A stretch of DNA of 64,000 nt from Salpingoeca rosetta (Eukaryota; Protista; Choanoflagellata). A model generated the notes under the pieces. The model was not told where the DNA came from and did not search any database. It saw only the letters and a list, made by a program, of their open reading frames with translations. Below, in pieces: positions 52,473-64,000 of the stretch. Position 1 is the first letter of the stretch. Each line of letters begins with the position of its first letter. A program made the translations under genes and the position numbers. Where the stretch lies: positions 3,451,711 through 3,515,710 of the forward strand of contig JAWQFM010000001.1 in assembly GCA_033442325.1 (NCBI GenBank). Reading direction: 5' to 3'.

Positions 52473-55400
52473 ATGGCGTTGCGGCCTTCTGGTACGCGCC
52501 TGTGTCTACCCGCCGTCAAGTAAGTCTCCCACGTGGTATCTTGCGTCCCAAGACGTCAAGAAGCCAAGTTGCTGCCCGCTGAGTTCCATGGGATGTTATG
52601 TACGCCCTTTGCTTGCCCCGTGTCTCACCGCAATGTACATACATATGTGGTCCGCTCTGATGTTAGGGCATGGCACAGGGTTGAGCCGGCAATGCCGGAA
52701 CATTACATCGAGCAAGAGTTGGACCGCTATTTCCCGCTGCAAGATCATGTGGGTCGAGAAAGGCCAGAGAGGCGACCAGCCAAGGTCGCCAAGAAGACAG
52801 AGCGTCATCGCCCCGCACTGAGACAGAACTCAGCACTCGTGCAGCCAGCGAGGGCAATGCATCCTCACCTTCAAGAACAAGAACAGGGCGGTTCATATCA
52901 TCACCGTGATGCTTATGCTTGGAGTCAAAGCGATCAAGCCCCGTCCTCTCGGCAGTTGAGCACCACCGTATCCTTTACGGGCAGTCCCACGACGATGCGC
53001 GTGCGATCACACCAGCCCCAGCACACGCCGTGTAGCGAATCATCCATCTTCTCGACCCCACATGGCACGCCGTCGTTCCATGACCCGCAGCACCAGGCTG
53101 AACAAACACCAATAGCGTCACGCTTTCGTGAAGAGCTGCAGCATGCCCACGATGGAGAGTTGTGGCAGAGTCCAAGCTTCGCATCGTTCGCGCCCAATGC
53201 ACCTCCAACCACGTCAGCCGCTAAATTGCATGTGCACCAAGACCTGGGTTCATCATTTGTCTCGATGAGCCCAGCGCATGCCGGAAGTGCTACGTCCGCC
53301 CACCCCCCTCAGCCTGAGCACCGGAAGCTTGGTGGCAGCACAAGGCAAAGGCAGCCTGGAGCGCAAGAGCAGCAACGGGCGCAACAACACGCAGAGAGTT
53401 CACGTTCTTCCACGCTTGCAAAGCAGCAGCAGCACAAGCAGCATCTGCCCGATGTCCTCACTTCACGGGTGAGCGTATTTGACGGTGCTAGTCTTGGCGT
53501 TCAGGATCACGAGCACACGCTGTTCCTCGTGATTCAACCACAGAGCAGTGGAGACGAGGAACAAGATGGCATTGTGGTTGAGTTGAGTGTTCGGATGCAG
53601 GACCAAAGTCCAAACAACAGTTTCGCGCTTCAAGCGTTTCAGCAGTGCCTGGCCAGCGCTCGGGTCATCTACACGCATGGCGGGCGGCGAATGGCGGCTC
53701 TTCTCCTCCAGTGCTGCAGCTCAGCCATCGTGGGGCGTGGTGCAAACGAGTCCATTGCCGTTCGCGACACGCAAGTTGCTGCATGGCTGGCAGACCCAGA
53801 ACGAGCCTGGGATGACATGGATGACGTGTTTCGGCTGTGTCAGCTACGACCAGTGACGCGCGGTGCTGGGGACCTTGGGGACAGTAGCGCAAGCGCAAGC
53901 TCGCAGTGGCTGCACAAGCTCGCAAGTCGACACGCGGCTGCGTTTGACCACCTGTTTGCGCGGTTGCGCGCCTGTGATCAAGCCGAGCTGTACTCCCGTC
54001 TGGAGGCGCCGGCAATTTGGCTCCTGGCCGAGATGCAAGTGCATGGTATCCACATTGACACGGAGACTCTGAAGCAGCAAAGGGTGCAAATCCAGCAGTG
54101 CTTGGCTGAGCTTGAGGCCCGCGCAGAGGCGTTGGTTGGCTTCAAGCTGCTGCTCACCAGCCCCCTCCAGCTTCGCGAATACCTGTATGACCAGCTTCAA
54201 TTGCACGTTGGAATTCCCAACTTCCCGCGAACTCCAAAGGGCAAGCTGTCGACAGGGGAAGACGCACTCACGCTCATCAAGGACCGACACGAGCTCCCGA
54301 ACTTGCTGCTCTTGCATCGCAGAGCAGCACGGCTGCTGTGCACGTACATTGATGGCGTTCTCCCACACGTGACTCACGGCATGCTTCACCCTGAATGGCT
54401 TCAGGTTTGAGGTGGTCTGGTGGATATCGGTGTTGGTGTTCTGATGTTCGTGGGTGGTGCGGATAGCGACGTGCTCATGGTGGTGTCTGTGTAGTGACAC
54501 GTGCGTGGGTGTGACATGTGATTGTGAAGGTGTTCTGGTGTTTGTTTCGCCGCGGTGGCAGGTGGGCAGGCGTACGTACATGCTCTCTCTAGCTGTTGTG
54601 CCTCTCTCGCCTCCTGTGCACCATTCTTCGTAGCTCGTCTCATCGCTGCGCGCCTTGCCAACCCGCTGTCTCTCTTTCCCTGCTTCACATCCTTTACAGA
54701 CTAGTGCTGCGAGTGGCCGCGTGTCTTGCCAACAACCAAACATCCAAAGTGTTCCTCTTCGAGAGACCGCGCTGCGTCTCGATCTCCTGGTTGGTGCGAT
54801 GCAGGACATATGTCATTGCAATGTAGACCCACGTAGCGCAGCCGGTTGCACTCGGGCTTGTGGGTGTCCTGCTTCGTCTGTATCTTCGCTGCTTCCTCAT
54901 GCATGCACGCACACGAGTCACAAGAAGGGCATCTCTCATGGTGTCACAATGTTGTGCGCATGGTGAGCTTCTGTTGTGCCTTACGACTCTGCTTTCTCAA
55001 ACCGATATCCCCCACCGCAGGGTGTGCAAGTGTCACCACGGGCGGCATACGTTGCGCCTGGCGGGTGCGTGTACGTGAGCTTGGACTGGCGACAGATGGA
55101 GCTGAGGCTGCTGGCCCACTTTTCAGAGGACGAGGGTCTGATTGCCCTGTTCCAGAACCAGGAGGCAAAGGCAAAGGCAAATACACCACCGAGTACAGCG
55201 AATGCGACGTCAAGGGAGGAAGGTGGCACATCAGATCCCTTCAAAGCACTGGCCAGCAAGTGGTTCTGTGTTCCGGTGGAACAAGTCACGGTACGCTGTT
55301 GATGACCGCGGAGTGTGTGGGCTTGTGGGAGAGGTAAAGGGACGCAAGTGTTCTTGTTGTGGTGCTTGTCACGCGTGTGTTGTGGTGCTTGTGACGCATA

Positions 55401-56161
55401 TGTGAGACGGTGTGTGTGTGTGCTTGTGTGTGTATGTACTGTATGTGTGTGTGTATGTATGTGTGTATGTGTGTATGTATGTATGTATGTATGTGTGTAT
55501 GTATGTATGTATGTGTGTGTGTGTTGTGCGTTGTTTCAAAGGCGACGGGGGCGCACTGTGTGGTGGTGATGGTGTGGCATATCATACATGCCTTGCTTGC
55601 AAGCACTTGAAAACAGAGCAACCGTGGCCACAAGCTTCATTGAGAGTTGCATGTCGTTCTTTTCTCTTCTCTTGTACTGCCTGCTCCGTAACAGGGTCGA
55701 CAACGCGACCAAGTGAAGCGATGTCTCTATGCGTTCATCTATGGGTCTGGTGCACTGCATCTGAGCAAGGTACTGGAGGTGAGCGTGCACGAGGCAAAGA
55801 AACTGCTGCAAGCGTTTCGGCGGCGCCATCCGCGCATCCAGCACCTTCGCGACCAGGTCCTCATCAGGTTGAAGGAGACGGGCTTTGTCTCGTGCCTCTC
55901 TCGCCGCCGCCGCTACTTTAAGGACAGCGCCAACGACCACAGCCAACGTGCCGCATTCAACTTTCTCCTTCAAGGTCATTGCAGGGCTGGGGAAGGAGGT
56001 GTGTGTGGTTGTGCATGTGCGTGTGTGTGTGCTTGTGTTGCGCGCATCATGACGTGATGTGAAATGGCAGAGGTTGTGGTGGTGGTTGCGAGTTGCGTGT
56101 GCATTGTTGCTTGGCCACGCCCTCACGCTGTGAAGAAACAACATCCCACTTCGGCTCCTGT

Positions 56162-56219
<58 letters not shown>

Positions 56220-56366
56220 TTTCCATTGCCGGTTGCTTGCAGGCAGTGCGGCAGACATTTGCAAGGCTGCCATGATCAACCTTCGCGAGTTTCTGCGAGC
56301 GAAGCAGATGCGCTCGTTCATGGTGGCACAACTCCACGATGAGATCATCCTCGGTCAGGCCGCGAT

Positions 56367-56425
<59 letters not shown>

Positions 56426-56432
56426 TGTGTGT

Positions 56433-56478
<46 letters not shown>

Positions 56479-56731
56479 GGGTCTCTGGATGTTGTCGGTG
56501 TTGTAAATGTGCGCGCGTGTGTATTCTTGCCGTCAGTAGTGTTTGCGTCCGACCATGCTCCTCTCTACTGCCTTGCTGCTGGCTTGCTGGCTTGCAGAGT
56601 GCCCAGAGAAGGAAGCCAAGGAGGTGCTCGCGTTTACGCGCGGGCCGGCATTCTGCGAGCCCTTTGGGAGAATGCGCGTCCCTTTCCCCGTCCGACAACG
56701 CATAGGCCGCACGTGGGCCGACATGAGCTGA
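52473..56731 (+). CDS. POLN: A-family DNA polymerase, Pol nu (POLN)-like, no helicase domain
   Basis: VAAWLADP, LAEMQVHGI, LLTSPLQLREYLY, Q|TSAASGRVSCQQPNIQ, motif A DWRQMELRLLAHFS, motif B RDQVKRCLYAFIYG, NFLLQ|GSAADICK and motif C VAQLHDE. The first exon is tentative. Confidence 0.85.
56433..56477. repeat. (TAG)n intronic microsatellite
   Basis: Directly visible. Confidence 0.9.
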
Positions 56732-57089
56732 CGCTGCTGGGGTGTGTGTTGTGTTGTGTTGTGTTGTGTGTTGTGTGCGAGCATGTTGTGCGCGTGTGCC
56801 CTTTGTTGGTCCTTAACAGGGCATCATCATACAACAGCCGCTGGAGGGAGGATGAACTTGCTGCGTTTACTGTGTTTTGAAAAGGAAGCAATGCAAAAGC
56901 ACCAAAGATAGCAGTTACAATACACACACGCACAAACACACATACATGACGCAGACAGACAAGCAACACACACACACACATACACACGCACATACACAGA
57001 CTGACTGACTGACTGAGACACAGAGCATCAACGTGGCACGCGCGGTCATGGCAAGCGGAGCAGAAACTGTAACAACAAATGTGATCATG

Positions 57090-59064
57090 ATACTCTAAAG
57101 GAGCGTGAACGTGGAGAAGGTGGTACTTCCCCGGTAGCCCTGGTTGTGTGTGTGTGTGTGCATAAGGCAAGGCAGCCAGATCGTGGATCAGAGCCAGAGT
57201 TTCACGGCGACACACACACACACACACACACACACGCACGCACATACGCACATACACACATGCATACGTATACACAGACACAGACACAGGACAATACAAC
57301 GAACGGGCCTCACGCGGTACCTTGAAGCCGAGGTATGCAATGTCAATGTTTTCGCCGCATTCAGACTGCGGTCTGAGCAAGTGGACAAGCACGCGTGATG
57401 CGGGAACAGCGACCTTGAACGGCACCACCACGGGCTGAGACTCCTCCTGCTTGGCGGGTGGAGGACGTGGTTGGGTTTGCGTGGGGGACGGGAAGGTGAT
57501 GGTTATGGCGCAACAAAGAAGGGAGAGGGGTGAATAATACGAGAAGGATGGTCCCGGCAGGAAGCAGACGGTGACACAACAAACCAAGCAATAGGCAATA
57601 AGCGACAGGCCAACGAACCGATGTTAGGGAAAAGAAGCACACGGGTTCACTTGGATCCCAGGGCTCATTGTTTCTGCAACCAAGCAACGAAGGGCACGGC
57701 AACGACGCTCGTGATGAGGAGAGGAATATACTGTTTTGGGGAGAGGGGGGGTGTCGAGTAGCACAGCGGACATATGACTGTGCGTGCTTGTGTTGGTGAT
57801 CGTGTGGACGTGTGGGCGTGACAATTACAGCTCGTGAGCCTCACCTCTGCTTTCGCGCCCACAATTCATCAAACTGCTCCTTTGTCATGTCTCTGTACCT
57901 GCGGTGGATACAAAGCATATTGGGCGTGTGAGCACAAAGCAGCAACAACATGTAGTGCAGTGCACAGGCACGCACCCATGCACCCATGCGTGGAGGCAAA
58001 CCGTGCACGGACGGGCAGGTGTGAACACAGACACACACATGGACGCGGACACAGACACAGAGACACAGACACAGACACACACACACACACACATACAGAC
58101 CCAGACACGTACGCGTCGCTGGCAGATGTGAGCGTGTTTGGAGTTGGCAGGAAGACGAGGCCATCTGCAAGCAACGTGAGCGGTAGCGCAAGGTAATGTG
58201 AGACGGTGTGTGTGCTGACAACACAGCAACAACGAAACAGACACAAAGAAGAACGCAGAAGACCCACACGAATGTTGTGAAGGTGCTATCACACACACAC
58301 ACACACAGGCACACACAGACACGGACACGGACACGGACACGGAGGCACAACAGCGGCAGCGGCGCGCACCTTGAATTGGCGACGTATATCCAACCTCTGG
58401 GGCGGCAACCATGACGTGGGTGAAGACGGTGGCGTGTTCATCCCGAGTCGGGCTGAGCATAAGGTTGACGTTTCGTCGCTTCTCGCTGCAATACACAGAC
58501 CCATCAAACCGCAACACGTTCTGCGGCTGTCGCGCATGCAAAGGGGGGAAAGCGAGAGCGAGAGAGAGAGAGTGTGTGTGAGTGTGTGTGTGTGTGTGTA
58601 AATATGAGTGCATTGAACAGGATGTGGGCGCGCTATGGAGCGTGGGCGCACTTCATGTGAGCGCGCGACAATGTGCACAGGGTGACTGGTGGGTCTTGCA
58701 TAAAGGCGATACCACGTGTTCGGCGTCGAAGCAGCCACCATCGCATTTGTCAATGCCCACGCTAATGATGCTCAGGCCACGGTTGCGGTCCTCGCTTGCA
58801 AGCAGGCGATGTTCATCCTCAAGCCCTTGCAACCCCACTGCATGTTTAAGGGTTGTGTTTTGGGGAAGGAGGAGGATGAGATGTGTTGGAGAAGGGTTGC
58901 AGGCAGGCAGGCAGGCAGGCAAGTCACCCGATGCATGCAAAGGCGGTACCACCACGTGATCACACGAAAAGGAAGCGCGTAGACAGGGAGAGACGGGGAG
59001 AGGGAGAGGAAGAGGCACGTAAACAAAGAGAGACATCGACAAGTGTACATGTGCACACACATAT

Positions 59065-59102
<38 letters not shown>

Positions 59103-59285
59103 TGTCTACTGAGGTTGACGCGGCGAATGGCCATCAAGCGGCGATGGATGTGGGAGCGGCTCAGCCGACGGCGAACGCTGGTTGGACCTTCCATCCTGTT
59201 GTGTCCACGTGACTCACTCGCTCGACGTTTCCACCTGGCAACTCCTTCCACGTGTACTTCACCCCCAATCCAGTCCCTCTCACTC
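57090..59285 (-). CDS. Uncharacterised protein with a putative galactose-binding-like (jelly-roll) domain, multi-exon
   Basis: Exons SVGIDKCDGGCFDAEH | NVLRFDGSVYCSEKRRNVNLML...FTHVMVAAPEVGYTSPIQ | DGLVF | YRDMTKEQFDELW | VPFKVAVPASRVLVHLLRPQSECGENIDIAYLGFK. Both ends are uncertain. Confidence 0.5.
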
Positions 59286-59629
59286 TAGCCAGTGCACGTG
59301 GGTCTATCGCGCACACACACGCACAAGCACACGCGCACGCACGCGTGGTGTCTGGGTTGGCTGCCTGCACGGGAGGCCTGTGTAGCCTGTGCTGTTGCTG
59401 TTGCTTCGCGTTATTGTGATGGCGTGGTTTGGTTGGTGTTGCGGCGTTGTTGTCAGCGTCGTCGTTGTTGTCGTGCGCAAAATCACACACACACACGCAC
59501 ACACACAAGACGAAGAAGACGACTCAGCAGACGTGTCCGTGCAAATTACCTGCTTGTGGTGAAGGAGTGAGTGTGAATGCGGGGAGGTGGTCACATCAGG
59601 CGCATCTCGTTAGTGACGGACAGACGGCC

Positions 59630-60100
59630 ATGGCTCACGCTGCGCGTTGTGCCATGTGGCGCAAGGCCATCATGGAAGAGAAGCAGGAGCAGATACACGT
59701 GAGTTTGTTGAGTTGGTTGCGTGCATGTCGGTGTGCGCGCATGTTGGTATGCATGCATGTCGTTGTGCGCGTGTCGGTGTGCGCTCATCTCACACTCACT
59801 CCCACCCTCGCGCGCCCTGTCTCTTTATGTGCAGGAACGCCAAGCAAAGCTGGAAGACTTGCCCACGCACGAGCAGGAGAAGCAAGGGCTATGCCTTCGT
59901 CGACTGCAGGTCACTGCCCGAAAGCGTGACTTGGGCGGCAGGCACATCTTCACTATGACGTCCACGCGATCCACACCGTACGGGCCCTGCGTCTGGCCCT
60001 TGTGATGTGGGGGAAGAGGGGCCAGTGCTGCGTGTTAGCCAGCTTCTTGTTGAAAGGGGACGAGCGCCCCATCTCCTGCCAACGCGCCTTCCACTCTCAC

Positions 60101-60161
<61 letters not shown>

Positions 60162-61199
60162 ACTGCAACAGGGAAGGCGGCACTGCACCGCTGCTCGCCA
60201 CCCGCATCAGGTGCGATGTTGCTATGCCTTGTTTGCCTGCTTGCAGGGACATGTGTTTGGTGGCTGCTCAACTCACTGCTTGCCATCACACATCCGTGGC
60301 TGCATTGTCTTGGCAGCGTGGGCGACGTCGTTTCTGTCGGCACCCTGAAGGATGGCATGCGCGGCTTTGCCACCGGCGTCATCAACAAGATGTCAAGTGC
60401 GTGCGTGTGTGTGTGTGTGTGTGCGTGTGTGTATGTGCATGTGTGTGTGTGTGTGTGCGTGCGTGCGTGTGCACATGCGTGTGTTTGCGAGCACGAGCGA
60501 GTGAGCCAGAGAGAAAAGGGAGGCTGGTTCCACGCTTCACGTTCCCTAACGCTATCTTTCCGCTGAAAGGCATGCAGCTGCAGGTTGCGGTTGAGGAATC
60601 ACAGGTGCACCACGACCAGCCGTGGGAGACAAACACGCTCGTCCTGCGCCAACTCAGCGATACCGTCACTTTTGGAAAGCTGCAGTGGTGCGTTTGGACG
60701 TGTGCACGTGCGTGTCTGCGTATGTGTGTTGTAGGTGTACCTGTGAGTCGATGCGCGCGTGCATGTGTGCTGTAGGTGTGCACGTGCGTGTGTGTGTGCA
60801 CGCATACGTGTGTGCATGTATGTGTTCACTGTCCTGTGCGCATGCACATGCACCTTCTTCCACGTTTGCTTTCGGCACACACGCTCACACGATGCATGTG
60901 TGCTGTGCATTCGCAGGACCATTGACAAAGTGGAGAAGGGCGACGTGCAGTGCCCGCGCCTGATTCAGCTCTTGATGGAGGAATCTGTGCACCCACTGCC
61001 GGTACGATTGCATGTCATGCTCACGCGCCCCCCAGATACATAGGCGCACACACGCACACGAAGGGAGAGGCAGGAGCAGCCATACGCACACACACACACA
61101 TACACACGCACACATACTCACACACACACACGCACACGCACACACACACACACACACGCACGCACGCACGCACACATACCCCCCCCCACACACACACAC

Positions 61200-61232
<33 letters not shown>

Positions 61233-61449
61233 GCCATATCGAGCCCAAGAGAACCTGTGGAAATGGCAGGAATATCCAGTACTTTTGTTGTCGCTAAGCT
61301 TTCATCACAGTACCTTTTCCATAGGTCTTCTCTAAACTTTATCAATGGGNNNNNNNNNNNNNNNNNNNNNNNNNNNNNNNNNNNNNNNNNNNNNNNNNNN
61401 NNNNNNNNNNNNNNNNNNNNNNNNNNNNNNNNNNNNNNNNNNNNNNNNN

Positions 61450-61520
<71 letters not shown>

Positions 61521-63088
61521 TCCCGTCCCCCTATCCATCCCCTCTTCTCGTACAGCGGATGGCTGAGGAAGCCGTGTATCCGCTGAACAAGTCGCTCAAC
61601 GCGTCGCAGCTGGGCGCCGTCGCGTTTGCGCTCCAAAGGCCAGATATCGCTGTCATCCACGGGCCCCCAGGTCGGAAGTAGTGGTGGTGATGGTGATGGT
61701 GATGGTGATGGTGATGGTGATGGTGATGGTGATGGTGATGGTGATGGTGATGGTGGCACTCGTTGTGGCTTGTGTGTGTGTGTGTGTATTGTGTGTGTGT
61801 ATTGTGTGCTAGCGCCCCTCATGTACACACACACACACACACATACATACACACACATACATACATATGCACCCACGCCCACATCTACACATCTACACAG
61901 GCACGGGCAAGACGACGACGGTGGTTGAGCTGATTCTGCAGCTTGTGAAGCGCGGGCAGAAGGTGCTGGTTGCCGCAGCATCGAACATGGCCGTGGACAA
62001 CCTGGTGGAGCGCCTCATTGCCTTCAACGCAAACGTTGTTCGCATCGGCCATCCATCGCGACTGCTCCACTCCGTGAAGGACCACAGCCTTGACAGTCTT
62101 CTCAGCTCTTCCGAGGACATGGACATTGTTCGGTGCGCTTGATGTGACCGTGGGTGATACTTGAAGCGCTGCTTGTAATGTGTTGGAAGTCCCAACGCAT
62201 GTGTCGGAGGTTCCAACACACACACACACATACACATACACAGACATACATACACACATGCACGTCAGCTCACGATCTCTGTGCTTTCGGCTTCCCTCAG
62301 CGGCATTTACGAGGAAATTGCGGACATCCGGAACAAACGTCCGTCAAAGCGCCAACCAGGCGCGCGCGCAGCCCAGTTCCAGGCGCAACGCGACATCAAA
62401 GACCTCCGTGCGTGCATGCGTGCGCGCGCATCAGTGGTTGTTCGTTTGTTTGTTCGCTTGTGTGTGTGTATGTGTGTGTGTTCGTGCGTGCGTGTGTTTG
62501 CACACTTCGGTCATGTTTCCGGCCTTCTGCATGGCTTCTGACCCTCCAGTGCCCCCTCGTTCGCTTCGCCACCATCAGGGCGCGATGCGCAATCTCGTGA
62601 GTCGCGGCTGCTGCGGCAGATGCTCACGTCCGCCGATGTCGTGTGCGGAACAACGACGACCGTCTGCCCCACTGGCGTCCTCAAGAACATCCCCAAAGGT
62701 GACCAAACAGCCAACACGGGCTGTCCTGGCTGCTGTTGTTTCGCTGGACATGATTGCTACTCTGCATCAATCATATGTTCGTGTGTGCTTTGGACTCCAC
62801 ATCACCTTGCCAGTCCTGCTCTGCATCCATCTGCCGTGCTCACACCCAGCTGTCACAGGCATCTCCACCACCACGTTCATCCTTATTCACACATGTCCAC
62901 CATCCCCCTTTCAGAGCACTTTGACGTCGCTGTTGTGGACGAGGCCGGACAGGCGCTGGAGCCTGCAGCGTGGGCGGCCGTCATGCAGGCCCCAAGGTCC
63001 CGTGGTGGTGGTGGTGGTGGTAGTGTGGTAGTAGTGGCGGTTTCGTGTGGCCAAGTGGGGAAACAAATCCAGTCATTCCAACCCACTT

Positions 63089-63121
<33 letters not shown>

Positions 63122-64000
63122 CACATACACACATACTCACATACACACACACACTCACACACTCACATACACTCCATGTCTTGTTCCCCCAAATTGCGCG
63201 CCCTCCACCCCCCTCAAACCACACATGTACACAACACGGAGCAGGTGCGTCCTTGCTGGCGATCATTTCCAACTGCCACCCACGGTCATGTCTGCAGCGG
63301 CAGTCGCGTCTGGTCTGCCCATAACACTCCTGGAACGCGCCGTCAACATGTTTGGGGACTCTGTCACACGCATGCTGGACACCCAGGTGCAGCAGCGTGG
63401 TCGTTGGAGCTGTTGTTCTCTGCTGCTTTTGGGCTTGGGCTGTGTTGAGCGGGTTGGCGTATCGTTTAGGTTGCTGGCGTCATTGTTGTTGCTGTGCATC
63501 GTCTGCGTGGGCGTTCGTGAGGTTCCTTTGGTCCGTGCTGCTCACGTCAATCACTACCGCCGCCACCGCTACGACCACGCCCATGACAACGACCACCGCC
63601 ACGATGACCTACCTCCGCCATTGTCAGTATCGCATGCACGCTGCGATCCAGTCGTGGTCGTCGGCGCATCTGTACAACTCGCAGCTGCACCCGGCCGACC
63701 AGGTCGCCGCGCACCTCCTAACACAGCTCGATGGCGTCACCGATACAGAGGTGCGGACTGTGCTGGCAGTTGTTGGTGGCCAGCATGGTGTCATGTCAAT
63801 TTCGTGTGCTCGCTCGCGTCTCATTGTACTGGGTGACGTCACAGGTTTTCTTCTGTCTGCTTCACACGCCATAACCAAGTATCACCCACTCACCATCACC
63901 AACCACTACCACCAACCACCAACCACCACTTCAGACGACGCGGGTGCCGCTTGTGTATGTGGACACGGCGGGCAGCGGTGCGCACGAGTCATCCGGGGAA
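59630..64000 (+). CDS. IGHMBP2: SF1 UPF1-like helicase IGHMBP2/SMUBP-2, multi-exon, spans a gap, runs off the window
   Basis: [42 protein letters not shown]|[78 protein letters not shown]|YRMH. Confidence 0.93.
61233..61349 (-). other. recA: Fragment of bacterial (Bacteroidetes-type) recA 5' region abutting an assembly gap
   Basis: After removing four homopolymer over-calls, the minus strand reads [37 protein letters not shown], matching the RecA N-terminus. Confidence 0.8.
61350..61449. other. Assembly gap (N run)
   Basis: Run of 100 N. Confidence 1.
61686..61755. repeat. (GGTGAT)n hexanucleotide intronic repeat
   Basis: Directly visible. Confidence 0.9.

Overview
Eukaryotic, intron-rich, GC-rich genomic DNA with four assembly gaps. 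Introns are saturated with (GT)n/(CA)n microsatellites and exons with poly-Q/N tracts. This style most resembles a choanoflagellate such as Salpingoeca rosetta (inference). Almost all ORF-track entries are repeat-driven artefacts. Splicing exons by eye gives about 19 multi- or single-exon genes: a low-complexity coiled-coil protein, TPGS1-like, ELMOD-like, a ubiquitin-like protein, a winged-helix (possibly Hop2-like) fragment, a CDK5/Pho85-type kinase, CtIP/Sae2, a signal-anchored low-complexity protein, a RING-H2+PTB-like protein, an RS/RD-rich protein, a DHHC-family-like membrane protein lacking DHHC, an intronless bacterial-type cytidine deaminase, a Tyr-motif transmembrane adaptor, a DDX28/RH22-like helicase, BRD8, MOCOS, a Pol nu-like polymerase, a jelly-roll domain protein and IGHMBP2. 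The most notable observations are: (1) a candidate structured RNA with a poly-U end upstream of the deaminase; (2) a RING-PTB fusion and a nearby pTyr adaptor; (3) a cysteine-free pseudo-palmitoyltransferase; (4) polarised GT...CA repeat pairs inside introns; (5) an AT-rich ~400 bp insert within a GT microsatellite; (6) a Bacteroidetes recA fragment at a contig end, probably prey-bacterium contamination. Exon boundaries are manual estimates and no database searches were run.
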